Shown here piece by piece: positions 31,425 through 42,135 of a DNA stretch of 64,000 bases; positions within the stretch are counted from its first letter, which is position 1, and every line of letters starts with the position of its first letter. Source of the stretch: an uncultured archaeon (GTDB lineage Archaea; Thermoproteota; Bathyarchaeia; Bathyarchaeales; Bathycorpusculaceae); assembly GCA_963782915.1 (NCBI GenBank), contig CAWALK010000022.1:160001-224000 (forward strand). The letters are read 5' to 3'. Position numbers and translations under genes: made by a program. The notes under the pieces are model-generated. The model made no database searches and was not told the origin of the DNA. It saw only the letters and a program-made list of their open reading frames with translations.

Positions 31425-32900
31425 CCGCCAAAGAGCCAGCGGCATACTGCTCCATATTACTTCGTTGCCCTCAGCTTTTGGAATGGGATTCAGGACCAGA
31501 AAGCTACCGCTTTGCAGATTTGCTGGCTGCCTATAAGCAGCACTACTGGAGCATCCTGCCGCTTTCTCCTACACGCCTTGAAGATGGGAATTCACCGTAT
31601 CAAACCAGCACCGCTTTTGCAGGAAATCCAATGCTGATTAGCTCCGAGTTACTCTTCGAAGATGGGTTTCTACCAAAGGCGAGCGTGAAAACCTCAGAGA
31701 AGCCTTCTGATAGTGTTGACTTTAAAATTGTTTATCCAATAAAGGAAGCCTTCATCCAAAAAGCATACGCTGCTTCAAAAGAACTGGGCTCCAAGCATTA
31801 GAGTTTAAAGCTTTCTGCGACCAAAACGAAAGTGGCTAAACGATTATGCCCTCTATGTTGTGCTCAGGAAAAAAGCAGGAAGCCTTGGCGGAGTGGCTCC
31901 CTTCCCTGCGGCAGCGAGACAAAAAGCGCTTGCAAGAAAGCAGCAATTGCTAGCTCAAGATTGAGGAAACCAAGTTTGTGCAATACCTCTTCTTTAGCCA
32001 ATGGCGACGCCTAAAAGAGCACTGCCAAAAAAGGGGCATCAAAATAATCGGTGACATACCCTTCTACGTTGCACATGACAGCGCCGACGTTTGGGTGCAT
32101 CCCGAACTCTTCAGCCTGCACGGCAAAGGCAAATCTCGTTATGTCGGCGGCGTTCCACCTGATTATTTTAGCGCAACTGGGCAGCTTTGGGCAACCCCGT
32201 CTATAACTGGGCAAAGCACAGAGAAACAGGGTTTGAATGGTGGATGGACGCATACGCCACAACCTTATGCTATGTGATATGCTGCGGCTGGATCACTTCC
32301 GCGGTTATGTAGCATACTGGCAACTTTCTGGTATAGCTAAAACGGCTGTTCGGGGCCGCTGGGTCAAGACGCCATCGGATGCTTTTTTTAAGGCGCTCAA
32401 GGGTGCGTTTCCTTCGTTGCCTTTTATAGCTGAGGATTTAGGGTACATCGACAAACCAGTCGAAGACGCAATAAAAGAGCTTGGCATTCCAGGGATGCGA
32501 GTGATTATCTTCGGATTAGATGGTGCCGAAGATATCCTGCATTTCCCAAGTAACCACATAGAGAACTCAGTGGTTTACACTGGAACCCATGACACCAATA
32601 CTGCGAAAGGCTAGTTCACGACTAAGCTCTGAGAAAGAAAAGGCTAATCTCTTCAATCTTGTCGGCAAAAAAGTAACTGAACAAGACGTAAGTCTTGAAG
32701 TAATCAAATTGGCATTGTCCTCTGTAGCTGAATTGTCAATTGTTCCGTTTCAGGATGTCCTCGGTTTAGGTGCAGAGGCACGAATGAATAATCCAAGCCA
32801 ACCAACTGGTAACTGGCAATGGCGAGTAACAGCAAATCAGTTAGCCAGCAGCAAATTCGTTAAACTGGCTGATTTGACTGCTAACTACCTGAGATGCTGA
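31417..32900 (+). CDS. malQ: 4-alpha-glucanotransferase / amylomaltase (multiple frameshifts)
   Basis: RASGILLHITSLP, SPYQ, GDIPFYV, GVPPDYFS, RLDHFRG, IAEDLG, YTGTHD, RMNNP over five or more fragments. Confidence 0.9.
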
Positions 32901-32953
32901 GAGCAAAGATGCTATATAGTAATTCAGCCCTAACTACTCAGAAGATGATTAAA

Positions 32954-33707
32954 ATGAGAAAAATCCTTTAATCGTATAGTAGCAGTTTTTATTATTGTAA
33001 TCACCGGCGGTTACCTTGCCTGCATATATTTACCAAGCCAAAACGGAAACAGCGACAACCAAAACAATGAGCAACAAACAATCCTCTCAACTGTCGAGCA
33101 AATTCGCGGTGGCGCATTACTCTATTTAGCTGCAAACCACACCCAAGCCCTTCCTATGATGGGTGAATTCTCATGGAGTGGCGGCAAACAAGACACAGGC
33201 GGACTTGGCGCAGAAACCTACGTGTACACCAATGGCAGTTGGTCTGTTGTCATCGATTACCCAGTAGTACCTAACCCATTATACACTATAACCGTTGATT
33301 ACTCATCACAGGATGTCTCAGTGAACTGGATGGGCACCTTCCAGAATCAAACATTTACCGAAACAAGCTGTACAATCAACGCTCCAGTCGTATACATAAC
33401 GCAAGAGCAAATGCGCGACTTAACAATGATGTACCTAAGAATCTACCATAACGAAACTAGCGCATACATGCATGGCATGTCATGGACAGGCGGCAGAATG
33501 GATCAGGGCATGATGGTTGGCTCAGACAAATACAACTACCAAAGCAACGGCTGGAACTTCACCATGCAGAACCCAGTAGTGCCAAACCCAATCTATACAA
33601 TAACCGCAGAATATACTCCAGCGGACATGCATTCAACATTGATGGCTTGGGAAGGAACGCTGCAAAACGGCACAATAACCCAAACAATCTATAAATATAC
33701 CCCATAA
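32954..33707 (+). CDS. Exported/membrane-anchored protein with two tandem ~85-aa repeats (5' frameshift)
   Basis: Repeats W(S/T)GG...G(A/S)(E/D)xYxYxxxxW...PVVPNP(L/I)YTIT; hydrophobic leader upstream of 33156. Confidence 0.65.
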
Positions 33708-33774
33708 AATTTTCTTTATTAAAATGTGATAAAAGTATTATTTTTCTGGGGTTAAGAGTTATTTTGTGTGTTTT

Positions 33775-34445
33775 GTTGATGCTTTCGTATACAGAAAACG
33801 CACGGACGTTTTTCAGGTTGACCTCCCTCCTGTTAGTAGACCCGACATTCTGATCTGTTTGTGTTTGCTCCTCAACCAGCCAGCAACCCAAACCAGACGC
33901 TAAACGCCAAAAGCAATCGCCAGCGTCGCCCATTGGTTGTTGTTGTGTATAGGGGGTTTCCGCCAACAACACACTGTAGAAAAACAAGCAACAAACAACT
34001 TGATTTACTAATATAATGAAGGGAAAATTGGCAGAGCAACAAGCATCCACTGGTACACCGAATCGCAGAAGTCTCCGGCGCAGATGTATAGCAAACCCGC
34101 AAATCAGCCTGCAACCGCACAAATCCCGCAGCCGCCAAACAACAAACGCCGCCCTTAAACTGGCTCATTCATGCAGTTGTTGAGCCTATAAATAAGGGAG
34201 GGGGTCTAGCTCAGAGCAGCAAAAGGGCTCCTTATAGGGGATAGGGGGTCAGTGGCAAAGCAACAAACCCTGTTATAGGCTGTTTCTGGCACTGTTTGCA
34301 GAAGTCTACACAACCAGCAAACTAACTAAACCAAACGCAGAAAACCAAAAGCAATGCACCGCACAGCCCGTTGGTTGTTGTTGAAATAATAGGGGTCCAC
34401 AGCAACAACCAAGATAAAAAACCAAGACTAAACAACTTTAGCTCT
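33775..34445. repeat. Composite dispersed-repeat region with a degenerate ~130-bp tandem duplication
   Basis: 33873-34001 resembles 34311-34439; contains cores shared with 19580, 20486, 51555-51680 and 55885-56123. Confidence 0.75.
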
Positions 34446-34460
34446 ACTATTCTGCAACGG

Positions 34461-35039
34461 TCAAGGGTTAACCCATTTTTGAGCAGCAACAAGACACTTT
34501 TCAAAGCCACCCAAATATGTGAACAGTTGGTTTGGCGGTGCCTTTTCAACCACCAACAGTTTACTGTTTGCGTTTACACAACCGTCTATCATAAGATTAT
34601 CCACCAAACAATTTTCCTCAATGAACATGCCTTGAGCATCGCGCAGTTTACCATCAAATTCGCGGTTGACTTGCCCCTTAAGCGCTACCACTGTACGCTC
34701 AGTAAATGAAGCCGCAACATTAGTGTAGGCAAACACCGTTTTGCCCAATGCATGAGCAAACCCCATCTCATACACGGTGCCCACATCAGCACTTGGACCC
34801 CTAAACGGAGTAATATTAGCGATAACTATCTCGCAGCTTTTAATCAAACCCTCATTGACATCGCTGATGCATAAGCCGAATTCTCGGGGGCTTTTACCGT
34901 CAGCGTTTATCTCGACATCTATGGGGTAGACGCCTTCGAACCCATACTTTTTACATAGGGCTTTTTTGTGTTCGCCGATTTCTTTGGCGTTGCATAGAAA
35001 GACCTCTGGACCAGCAAGGTAAACACGACTAGGTGGCAC
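34461..35039 (-). CDS. Nucleoside 2-deoxyribosyltransferase family protein
   Basis: VYLAGPEVF, TPFRGPSADVGTVYEMGFA, NLMI. Confidence 0.9.
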   Translation of the reverse strand: MPPSRVYLAGPEVFLCNAKEIGEHKKALCKKYGFEGVYPIDVEINADGKSPREFGLCISDVNEGLIKSCEIVIANITPFRGPSADVGTVYEMGFAHALGKTVFAYTNVAASFTERTVVALKGQVNREFDGKLRDAQGMFIEENCLVDNLMIDGCVNANSKLLVVEKAPPNQLFTYLGGFEKCLVAAQKWVNP

Positions 35040-35283
35040 GATGAATCTCCTAACATAGTACGTTATTCAAGTGCTTATAAAATGAAGCCGTTTTCTATTT
35101 CAGATTACCCCATAAAATGGTTGCCCCTTAAATTTGGCTGAACCAAAACAGACCTAAAATGACACTTTTCTTTTTAGACCAAGCGGTTTGTTTAGTTTGA
35201 AAAGACCTCTCTACAGAATAATGCTTTATGCTCAATCGATAAGCACCTTTAAATCCAATTTATGAATACTTTCCGAGGAATAG

Positions 35284-36003
35284 GTGGATTTGTTGCCCTA
35301 CAACACCCTTACATACAACACTCTTATGGTAATAGGAATCGTAACTATTCCCATAGCCATCGCTCTATCCTACCTATTCTTTAAAGTCTACCGATACCAA
35401 CGCTCCATCACCTTACTCGGCCTACCAGTTGGATTCCTATTCCTAACGATATCCTACGTTTTCCTTGGGGCACATCTTGTATATCCAGCGATGGATCCCA
35501 TCTCAAGCTCTCTTATGTGGCTCCGTGTAGCAACTCAAACTTGGGGATTTACTTTAATTGCAGCTTCCTATTTTATGGCAAACCGAACTCAAAAGATAAC
35601 AAAGCATAGCTACTTGGCACTATCATTGTGGTCGATTGTTGCTGTAGTTTGCATCTTTGCCCTATTGTTAGTCATTAACCCAGTAGGCTTGTCATCGGTT
35701 TACGCTGACAATGGCCTGTTTACTGCCGCTAATCTTGGATTGTTAACTTACATCATGTTCTGCCTAATTAGAAAAATAAAGTTGACCACAGGAAAGGTTT
35801 CCAGTTTAGTAGGTGCACCAATAGCGTTTGGTTTACTTTGGTTAGGCCAATTGTCTTTTCTACTCTGGGATCTCAATAATGGAGGAACCGTTTGCCTATT
35901 TGGATCCGAAGTTACAAGATTGGTAAGTTTGGCGTTATTCATTCTCATCTACTACCAAGCAAGTAAGGAGGTATCAGCCATTGACAAGTACGAAACGAAG
36001 TAA
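35284..36003 (+). CDS. 7-TM membrane protein, possible sensor
   Basis: About seven hydrophobic segments; overlaps the downstream wHTH gene. Confidence 0.65.
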   Translation: MDLLPYNTLTYNTLMVIGIVTIPIAIALSYLFFKVYRYQRSITLLGLPVGFLFLTISYVFLGAHLVYPAMDPISSSLMWLRVATQTWGFTLIAASYFMANRTQKITKHSYLALSLWSIVAVVCIFALLLVINPVGLSSVYADNGLFTAANLGLLTYIMFCLIRKIKLTTGKVSSLVGAPIAFGLLWLGQLSFLLWDLNNGGTVCLFGSEVTRLVSLALFILIYYQASKEVSAIDKYETK

Positions 36004-36259
36004 GGTTGATATTTACTCCGCTGTTCTGGAATGTTTAATCCAAGAGGGCGCGAAACTTGGAAAAGCCAGTCCTACTCGCGTTGCTCACCGAGCGAACCTC
36101 CCATATGATAGATTCCAGAAAATTTTAGATCACTTTATCGAGTTAGATATGGTTAGGCGAACAGAGGCAGGTCTTTTAATAACTGAGAAAGGTATCAAAT
36201 GCCTTGAGGAATTCCATAAAGCAAACGAGTTCTTCAGAAGAATGGGCCTCTATACATAA
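35981..36259 (+). CDS. Winged-helix transcription regulator (HTH_45-like)
   Basis: KRSKVDI...PTRVAHRANL...ITEKG; AAGGAGG SD upstream. Confidence 0.85.
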   Translation: MTSTKRSKVDIYSAVLECLIQEGAKLGKASPTRVAHRANLPYDRFQKILDHFIELDMVRRTEAGLLITEKGIKCLEEFHKANEFFRRMGLYT

Positions 36260-37071
36260 CTATTTTCTTCTTCGATACTCTCTTTGGATTTGCTCCACCA
36301 TAACCTTTCGAAGTAATCTTGGAATACTTTGGTAAGCATAGGATTATTCGACCATAATATGGGTGCTTGAGAAAAGTCGCCCTCTGTTGAAGTTGCCATC
36401 TGAGCTTCATTGCCATCATAAACAGCTAAGAATGAAACAGGTAACTCCTCGATGTATTTAATTTGACAAGCAGTTTGGCATAATTCTGGCAGAATTTTCG
36501 AAAAAGGCTTATTCATACTTGTCCTATCTAGAATAAACCGAATTTTGACGCCTCTATTTGTTGCTTTTATGATTTCTTCGCTCGCAGTTAAAAGTGTTTG
36601 ATTGAACTTCTTAAATGAAGTTATACAATCTATGCTGTCTTGAGCGCCTGCAATAGCTGTCATTCCCTTATTGAAGCTGGCTTTTCCCTTGGGAACCAAA
36701 ACAAATTCGTCACCAAAAGCATTTGTTTGTTCACCGCCTTTATTCTCGTATTCTTCCAGCAATTTTCCAGTCTTTTCTTTTAAATCCCTTATCTCTTCAT
36801 GTTTCTGCCCAATCAAAATCGATACTGCTTCATGTAATGATAGCGGTTTATACTTCGTGGGTGAGCATAAAATCGTTTCAATTAAACCCGCGCGCTTGAG
36901 TTCAAGCATCGCTCGATAAGTATCTGGGCGGCCTACACCTGAATTTTCGGCTACGGCTCTAATGGTTGAGGTTCCTTTTTCAATGAGGGCAAGATAGATT
37001 TTGGCTTGTGTCCTACTAATCCCTAAATCAACTAGAGTCTTTATGCTTTTTTCTCTGTCCCGCATACCCAT
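36250..37071 (-). CDS. TrmB-family transcription regulator
   Basis: LGISRTQAKIYLAL...YRAMLELKRAGLI...PTKY; PLD-like C-domain with WSNNP. Confidence 0.9.
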   Translation of the reverse strand: MGMRDREKSIKTLVDLGISRTQAKIYLALIEKGTSTIRAVAENSGVGRPDTYRAMLELKRAGLIETILCSPTKYKPLSLHEAVSILIGQKHEEIRDLKEKTGKLLEEYENKGGEQTNAFGDEFVLVPKGKASFNKGMTAIAGAQDSIDCITSFKKFNQTLLTASEEIIKATNRGVKIRFILDRTSMNKPFSKILPELCQTACQIKYIEELPVSFLAVYDGNEAQMATSTEGDFSQAPILWSNNPMLTKVFQDYFERLWWSKSKESIEEENSYV

Positions 37072-37273
37072 CTTTTCTCTTGTTGATTTTCCAAAAAGTA
37101 CCCTAAGTTAGAATATAAATTGGATGAACTTCTAGTGCATAACCCTTCTACGTTTGTTGGAGCACCAACCAACACCTTCTTAATAATTTGTTAATCCATC
37201 GTCTCGGCTGGGCAGGTGCAAAGTTTTTACTAAACTAGTCCTTGCCCGAAAAAAATTGGAGAAAAGAAAAAAA

Positions 37274-39829
37274 TTGAAAACTCTAAACAACAAAATCATC
37301 GCAACTCTTATCGCAGTAATTCTAGTATCCTCAATGGCTATCGCAATCGGAAACCTGCCAAATGCTAGCGCACACAACCCTGCTTGGGAAATCCCAACAT
37401 GGTGCTACATGCAGGTTTCACCAAACCCTGTCGGTTTAGGACAACCAGTAGCATTCGTCATTTGGAACACTCGTGTTCCTGACGGAGCGTTAGTGACTAA
37501 TGACATCAGATGGAAAAACTACACTATCGTTCTAACAAAACCTGATAACACAACCGAAGTTCTCGGTGGATTCAACTCTGACCCCACTGGTTCAACATAC
37601 ACACAATACACACCAAACCAAATCGGTAACTGGACAGCTAAACTAATCTTCCCCGAACAAATCCTCACAACAACAGGTACACTCGCAAACGACGTATTCA
37701 AAGAAAGCACATACACAACCACCTTTACAGTACAGCAAGATGCAATTTCCACCGTAAGCTACCAATATCCATTACCCACAGAATATTGGACTCGTCCAAT
37801 CGAGGGTCAAAACAATGAATGGTTCACAATAGGCTCAAACTGGCTTCGAGGCTCTCAAGTCCAGATCGCACCAAGCGGAACTGGAACTTCTGGCAGAGTT
37901 CAACTAGACGGTATTGCACCAAACAGTGGACACATCATGTGGACAACACCCCTTGAAGACGGCGGAGTAGTCGGTGGAACCAACACCGCTATCGACGGAA
38001 ACGTCTTCTACTCTGGCACACAATACAACCCACGCTTCAATAACGCAATCATCATGGGCGGAAGAATCTACTATTCTGAACCAAAAGAAAACACTGGCAC
38101 AGGCGGCGACGTTGTATGCCGTGACTTACGAACCGGCGAAGAACTTTGGAGACGCAGCGACATTTCAATGTTCTCATTCGGAATGTACTACGCAATGGAA
38201 TACTACAACCAGCACGGAGTAATTCCACCAGGAGTACTATTCACAACATCAGGCAGCACAATAATCGCATACAACCCCCTCAACGGTCACGAGATGGGCT
38301 GGAACCTAACCAACGTTCCAACCGGCTCAATCGCTAACGAAGCAGTCGGTCCATCAGGCGAAATCCTAAGATACCAACTACAAAGCTACGGCACAGGCGC
38401 AAACCAAGTCTACAAAATACAACAATGGAACCTATCCAGAGCATACATCATAAACACTAACCCAACAAACCCAGCAACACTACAAGCAAACGCATCATCA
38501 TTCTATGACTTTAACCAAACAGTAACATACCAAGGCCAACCATTCAAAGTATCAGGCGCAAGCGCACAAGCAGTCATCTACAATGACTTAGTACTCTTCA
38601 GAAACGGCAGCCTACAAACACAAACAAGCGGCAACGCACAACCATACACTTACTTCGCAGTAGACATCAACGCATCACACGCAACACTTGGCAACGTCAT
38701 ATGGATGAAAAACTATGACCAACCAGCCGGCAACCTAACCCTGCTCTCAACAGCAGCAGGCGACGGCGTTTGGACAATGATGTACAAAGAAACATACCAA
38801 TGGATCGGATTCGACATGCACACCGGAGCAAAACTCTGGGACCACGCAGCAATGGACTTCTCTGAACTAGACTACAACCCATATGGCTACTACAGCTCAA
38901 CCACCGGCAACATGCTAACACACGCAATCTACCAGGGCAAACTATACTCAACAGGCTACAGCGGAATGCTCTTCTGCTACGACCTCTACACTGGAAAACT
39001 CCTCTGGAAATATGAAGCTCCAGCAAACATGGAAGTTTTCAAGTACTACACACTACACATCGGCGCAGTCGCAGACGGAAAAGTCTACCTCGGCTCACAC
39101 GAACACTCTGCAAGCACACCACTACTCAAAGGCAACCTAGTAAGATGCGTCAACGCAACAGACGGAACTGAAATTTGGACTCTACCCGGATGGGCAGCAG
39201 CATACAGTCCAGTAGTTGCAGACGGCTTCCTAGCATACGCCAACCTATACGACAACCAAGTTTACGTCGTCGGTAAAGGTCCAAGCGAAACCACAGTCGA
39301 AATCGAAGACAACGTTATCCAAAGCGGCAGCAGTGTAATGATCACAGGTACAGTAACAGACATCGCTTCAGGCACCACACAGACTGAACAAGCAGCACGT
39401 TTCCCCAACGGCGTCCCAGCAGTTTCAGATGCAAGCATGGGTCAATACATGGCATACGTCTACGAACAAAAACCGCTCCCAACTAACGTAACCGGTGTCC
39501 CAGTGACACTGAGCGTTGTTGACGCAAACGGCAACTACAGAACCATCGGACAAACTACCACTAACGACGGATTCTTCAGCTTAAGCTGGAAACCAGACGT
39601 TGAAGGTGACTTCCAAGTCTACGCTTCATTCGGCGGATCTGAATCATACTGGCCATCACATGCAATAACAGCATTCACCGTTGACTCTGCAGCAGCAACA
39701 CCAGCACCAACACAAACACCAGCAACACCAATATCTGAGCAATACTTCGTCCCAGCAATCGCAGGTCTACTCGTTGCAATCATCGTGGTCGGTCTATTGA
39801 CCATCATGATGCTCAAGAAGCACCCATAA
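37274..39829 (+). CDS. PQQ-like beta-propeller cell-surface protein (paralog 1)
   Basis: Signal peptide, PNPVGLGQ, PLPTEYWTRPI, repeated DxxTGxxLW blades, RFPNGVPAVSD, PT-rich linker, C-terminal TM ending KKHP. Confidence 0.88.
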   Translation: MKTLNNKIIATLIAVILVSSMAIAIGNLPNASAHNPAWEIPTWCYMQVSPNPVGLGQPVAFVIWNTRVPDGALVTNDIRWKNYTIVLTKPDNTTEVLGGFNSDPTGSTYTQYTPNQIGNWTAKLIFPEQILTTTGTLANDVFKESTYTTTFTVQQDAISTVSYQYPLPTEYWTRPIEGQNNEWFTIGSNWLRGSQVQIAPSGTGTSGRVQLDGIAPNSGHIMWTTPLEDGGVVGGTNTAIDGNVFYSGTQYNPRFNNAIIMGGRIYYSEPKENTGTGGDVVCRDLRTGEELWRRSDISMFSFGMYYAMEYYNQHGVIPPGVLFTTSGSTIIAYNPLNGHEMGWNLTNVPTGSIANEAVGPSGEILRYQLQSYGTGANQVYKIQQWNLSRAYIINTNPTNPATLQANASSFYDFNQTVTYQGQPFKVSGASAQAVIYNDLVLFRNGSLQTQTSGNAQPYTYFAVDINASHATLGNVIWMKNYDQPAGNLTLLSTAAGDGVWTMMYKETYQWIGFDMHTGAKLWDHAAMDFSELDYNPYGYYSSTTGNMLTHAIYQGKLYSTGYSGMLFCYDLYTGKLLWKYEAPANMEVFKYYTLHIGAVADGKVYLGSHEHSASTPLLKGNLVRCVNATDGTEIWTLPGWAAAYSPVVADGFLAYANLYDNQVYVVGKGPSETTVEIEDNVIQSGSSVMITGTVTDIASGTTQTEQAARFPNGVPAVSDASMGQYMAYVYEQKPLPTNVTGVPVTLSVVDANGNYRTIGQTTTNDGFFSLSWKPDVEGDFQVYASFGGSESYWPSHAITAFTVDSAAATPAPTQTPATPISEQYFVPAIAGLLVAIIVVGLLTIMMLKKHP

Positions 39830-39884
39830 ATAACAAACATAAAAACAAAACTTTCCCACCCTTTTTTAGTTTAAATGGTACGTC

Positions 39885-40000
39885 AACTGGGGCTGAGAAG
39901 GCGACTGGTTACGATTTACGATGTTTGCAATCATCGTGGATCTAATTTGCAGTTGTGTTCTACTCTCCTTAATGGTCCAGTCGCCTCAGCAAACCCAGTT
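39885..40000 (+). ncRNA. Putative structured sRNA with anti-SD/anti-start loop, copy 1
   Basis: Stems AACTGGG/CCCAGTT, GCTGA/TCAGC, GGCGACTGG/CCAGTCGCC; inner hairpin ACGATG/CATCGT; loop has TTTGCA and CTCCTTA. Confidence 0.7.
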
Positions 40001-40065
40001 AACAGTGCCAAATTTTAGTTATGCCAAGCGACGATTTATTTAATTAGCTTTAGATTTGAAGCCGT

Positions 40066-41022
40066 TTAGAAGGTTGAGAGGAATTCTCTACGGAGTGGCC
40101 ATACAGGAAATAATCTGGAAACAGATATCTCCCAATTAGTTAGGTTATTTATTGCCAGAATCTGCTCCTTGAAACCCACAAATTGGTCAATATCTCTAAT
40201 CATCAAGCTCGCTATGCAATCAAATTTGCCGCTAGTTTTATGAATAAAGTTAATGTCAGGAGATTGAGAAATGGCTTCTACACTCCTGCTGAGGTTATCT
40301 TGAGAGAATGATAATTTGAAGAGAGCAAAAGCCCTGTACCCAATTTTTGAGGGGTTGATTTGAATTACTGGTTTTATGTCTTTATTGCGCTTGAGTTTTC
40401 CGTATCTTCTAATAACGGTATCTGTTGAGATGCCGAGTTCTTTACTGATATTGCAAAATGGGGTTCGCCCATTTGTTACCAATTTTTCAATTATGAATTT
40501 GTCAATATCATCAATTTCGATACGATTGATTTCTTTGTCTGTGCTTTGATCATTTTCTCCAGCAACTGCGTTAGCTAGTACAGATAGATTATCTGGGTTA
40601 TTACACATTCCAAGCCAAACTTGAGCTTCTACCTCTAGGACATAGGGTAATTGCTTGATGGATTGTTTAGTTTGCTCTATCTCCTGCATTGTTTTTACGG
40701 TGAATACCGCGCTAAGGTTTGGATTAACTCCTTCAGGATAAACTTCAATCACGTTGGCTGCATCGTTGAGAAGCTTGATAACATAATCTGCCTTGTGTAG
40801 TTGAGTGTAAATGTTGAAGGTTGCGACAAAATTGCTGTTGTAACAGGCGCAACTGTTTTGGATGGTTGCTCCAACGATTATGCCTTGTTTTTTCATTTGT
40901 TTGTATCTGTTAGCGATGACTTCTTTGGATACATTGCTTTGTTGGGCGATGGCTGTGAAGCTTTTCCGTCCATCCTTTAGCAGTTCTTTTAGGATTGTTG
41001 CGTTAATGCGGTCGATCTTCAA
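40066..41022 (-). CDS. Lrp/AsnC-family regulator with two tandem HTH-RAM units
   Basis: IDRINATILKELLKDGRKSF and IDDIDKFIIEKLVTNGRTPF. Confidence 0.9.
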   Translation of the reverse strand: MKIDRINATILKELLKDGRKSFTAIAQQSNVSKEVIANRYKQMKKQGIIVGATIQNSCACYNSNFVATFNIYTQLHKADYVIKLLNDAANVIEVYPEGVNPNLSAVFTVKTMQEIEQTKQSIKQLPYVLEVEAQVWLGMCNNPDNLSVLANAVAGENDQSTDKEINRIEIDDIDKFIIEKLVTNGRTPFCNISKELGISTDTVIRRYGKLKRNKDIKPVIQINPSKIGYRAFALFKLSFSQDNLSRSVEAISQSPDINFIHKTSGKFDCIASLMIRDIDQFVGFKEQILAINNLTNWEISVSRLFPVWPLRREFLSTF

Positions 41023-41148
41023 TTATGGTTGCTTCCGATTGTTTGCTTTCTGTTAATGATTGGTTTGAATATCATAAATTGCTTTCGGAAATAATGAAAA
41101 TTCGCAACTGAATTCTTTAACTCTTTCCATTTTTATAGGTATGTTAGT

Positions 41149-41164
41149 CGAAAAAACTATATAA
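41149..41164 (+). promoter_or_regulatory. BRE-TATA promoter upstream of sRNA copy 3
   Basis: CGAAAAAACTATATAA, about 45 nt before the copy-3 stem. Confidence 0.5.
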
Positions 41165-41209
41165 CAAATTAGTAGAAAAATATGGCAAAACGATAGATTA
41201 AGATAAAAC

Positions 41210-41312
41210 GGGCTGAATAGGCGCTGGTAAGTATCACGATATTGCCTGCCCGGTGTTTCGTGGAGAGCTTTTGCATTTAGCTCTTACTCCTTATCCAGAG
41301 CCTCAGCAAACC
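41210..41312 (+). ncRNA. Putative structured sRNA with anti-SD/anti-start loop, copy 3
   Basis: GCTGA/TCAGC, GGC-CTGG/CCAG-GCC stems, CACGA/TCGTG hairpin, loop TTTGCATTTAGCTCTTACTCCTTA, 3' CCTCAGCAAACC. Confidence 0.65.
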
Positions 41313-41485
41313 ACAAAAACGTAGTTACTATTAACCGGCCGCTGATACCACATTATCAATCCTTAGCGGATGCACATGCCTCTGAGGATAGCTTGGTTTT
41401 GCTTAGGTTTTACGAATTACCCGCACAGAGATGCTTAGACAGCAATTAAAATATACCAAGTAAACATTGACTTGCTGGGTAAGCT

Positions 41486-41678
41486 ATGAAGCGAAAGAGC
41501 CTGCGAAAATTCAGCATAAAAAATAACCTAACTGCATTTTTAGGTTTGTCCCTTGTTTCGCTTGTTGTATTCGGGTTCATAGCACTCAACGGGCAAGATT
41601 CAAGAGGCGGTGGCTGCGTTTTCTGGTAGTCAACCCCAACTCGACGGTATCACCTTTATGATTATGAAAATGACTTAG
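41486..41678 (+). pseudogene. Internally deleted SpoIIE/RsbU-type (PP2C) sensor phosphatase
   Basis: N-terminal TM leader MKRKSLRKFSIK...LGLSLVSLVVFGFIALN joined out of frame to a PP2C-like C-terminus KIQEAVAAFSGSQPQLDGITFMIMK. Confidence 0.65.
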
Positions 41679-41687
41679 AAGGCTTGA

Positions 41688-42125
41688 ATGATGAAAGACA
41701 GCGATGGATGGTTTGAACTTAAAATAGAAAGTGACCTAAAGAACCTAGAAATTGTAGCGGATTTCATAACTAAAACCATGCGTGAATCAGGCGCACAAAA
41801 TGAAAAAGACATATTCGATGTCCAATTAGCCGTAGACGAAGCCTTAACAAACATAATCGAACACGCTTACGCCGGCATTAAAGGCGGCAAAATCACAGTA
41901 CAATGCCGACTATCAGAATCAAAAAAAGAGTTCATAGTTAAACTTAAAGACTCAGGCAAACCCTTTGATCCCCAAACTGTCGCTTCTCCAGACACCGACG
42001 CCGAATTAGAGGAACGCAAAGTCGGCGGATTGGGAATTTACTTCATGAAACAGCTTATGCAAACCGTTAAATACGCCATCAACGACAAGGAAAACGAATT
42101 AACGATGGCTAAGATTCTTAGCTGA
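41688..42125 (+). CDS. RsbW-like anti-sigma factor / Ser kinase (HATPase_c_2)
   Basis: LAVDEALTNIIEHAY, DSGKPFDP, GGLGIYFM. Confidence 0.92.
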   Translation: MMKDSDGWFELKIESDLKNLEIVADFITKTMRESGAQNEKDIFDVQLAVDEALTNIIEHAYAGIKGGKITVQCRLSESKKEFIVKLKDSGKPFDPQTVASPDTDAELEERKVGGLGIYFMKQLMQTVKYAINDKENELTMAKILS

Positions 42126-42135
42126 GGGTTTAACG

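Noticed and set aside
33559-34709. ORFs 33559-34122, 33872-34168, 34322-34549, 34371-34709 (and 55928-56140)
   Set aside because: They are translations of the dispersed repeat with no protein-like motifs
39885-40005. sRNA copies as H/ACA or C/D guide RNAs
   Set aside because: CTGA is Watson-Crick paired rather than in a K-turn, there is no box C on the + strand, and the 3' ACA is missing in copy 2
41171-41276. Minus-strand small ORF (MQKLSTK...) behind a strong SD within sRNA copy 3, suggesting a type I toxin or leader peptide
   Set aside because: The equivalent frames differ completely between copies (copy 2 gives MQTR-stop), and G-U pairing favours the + strand RNA
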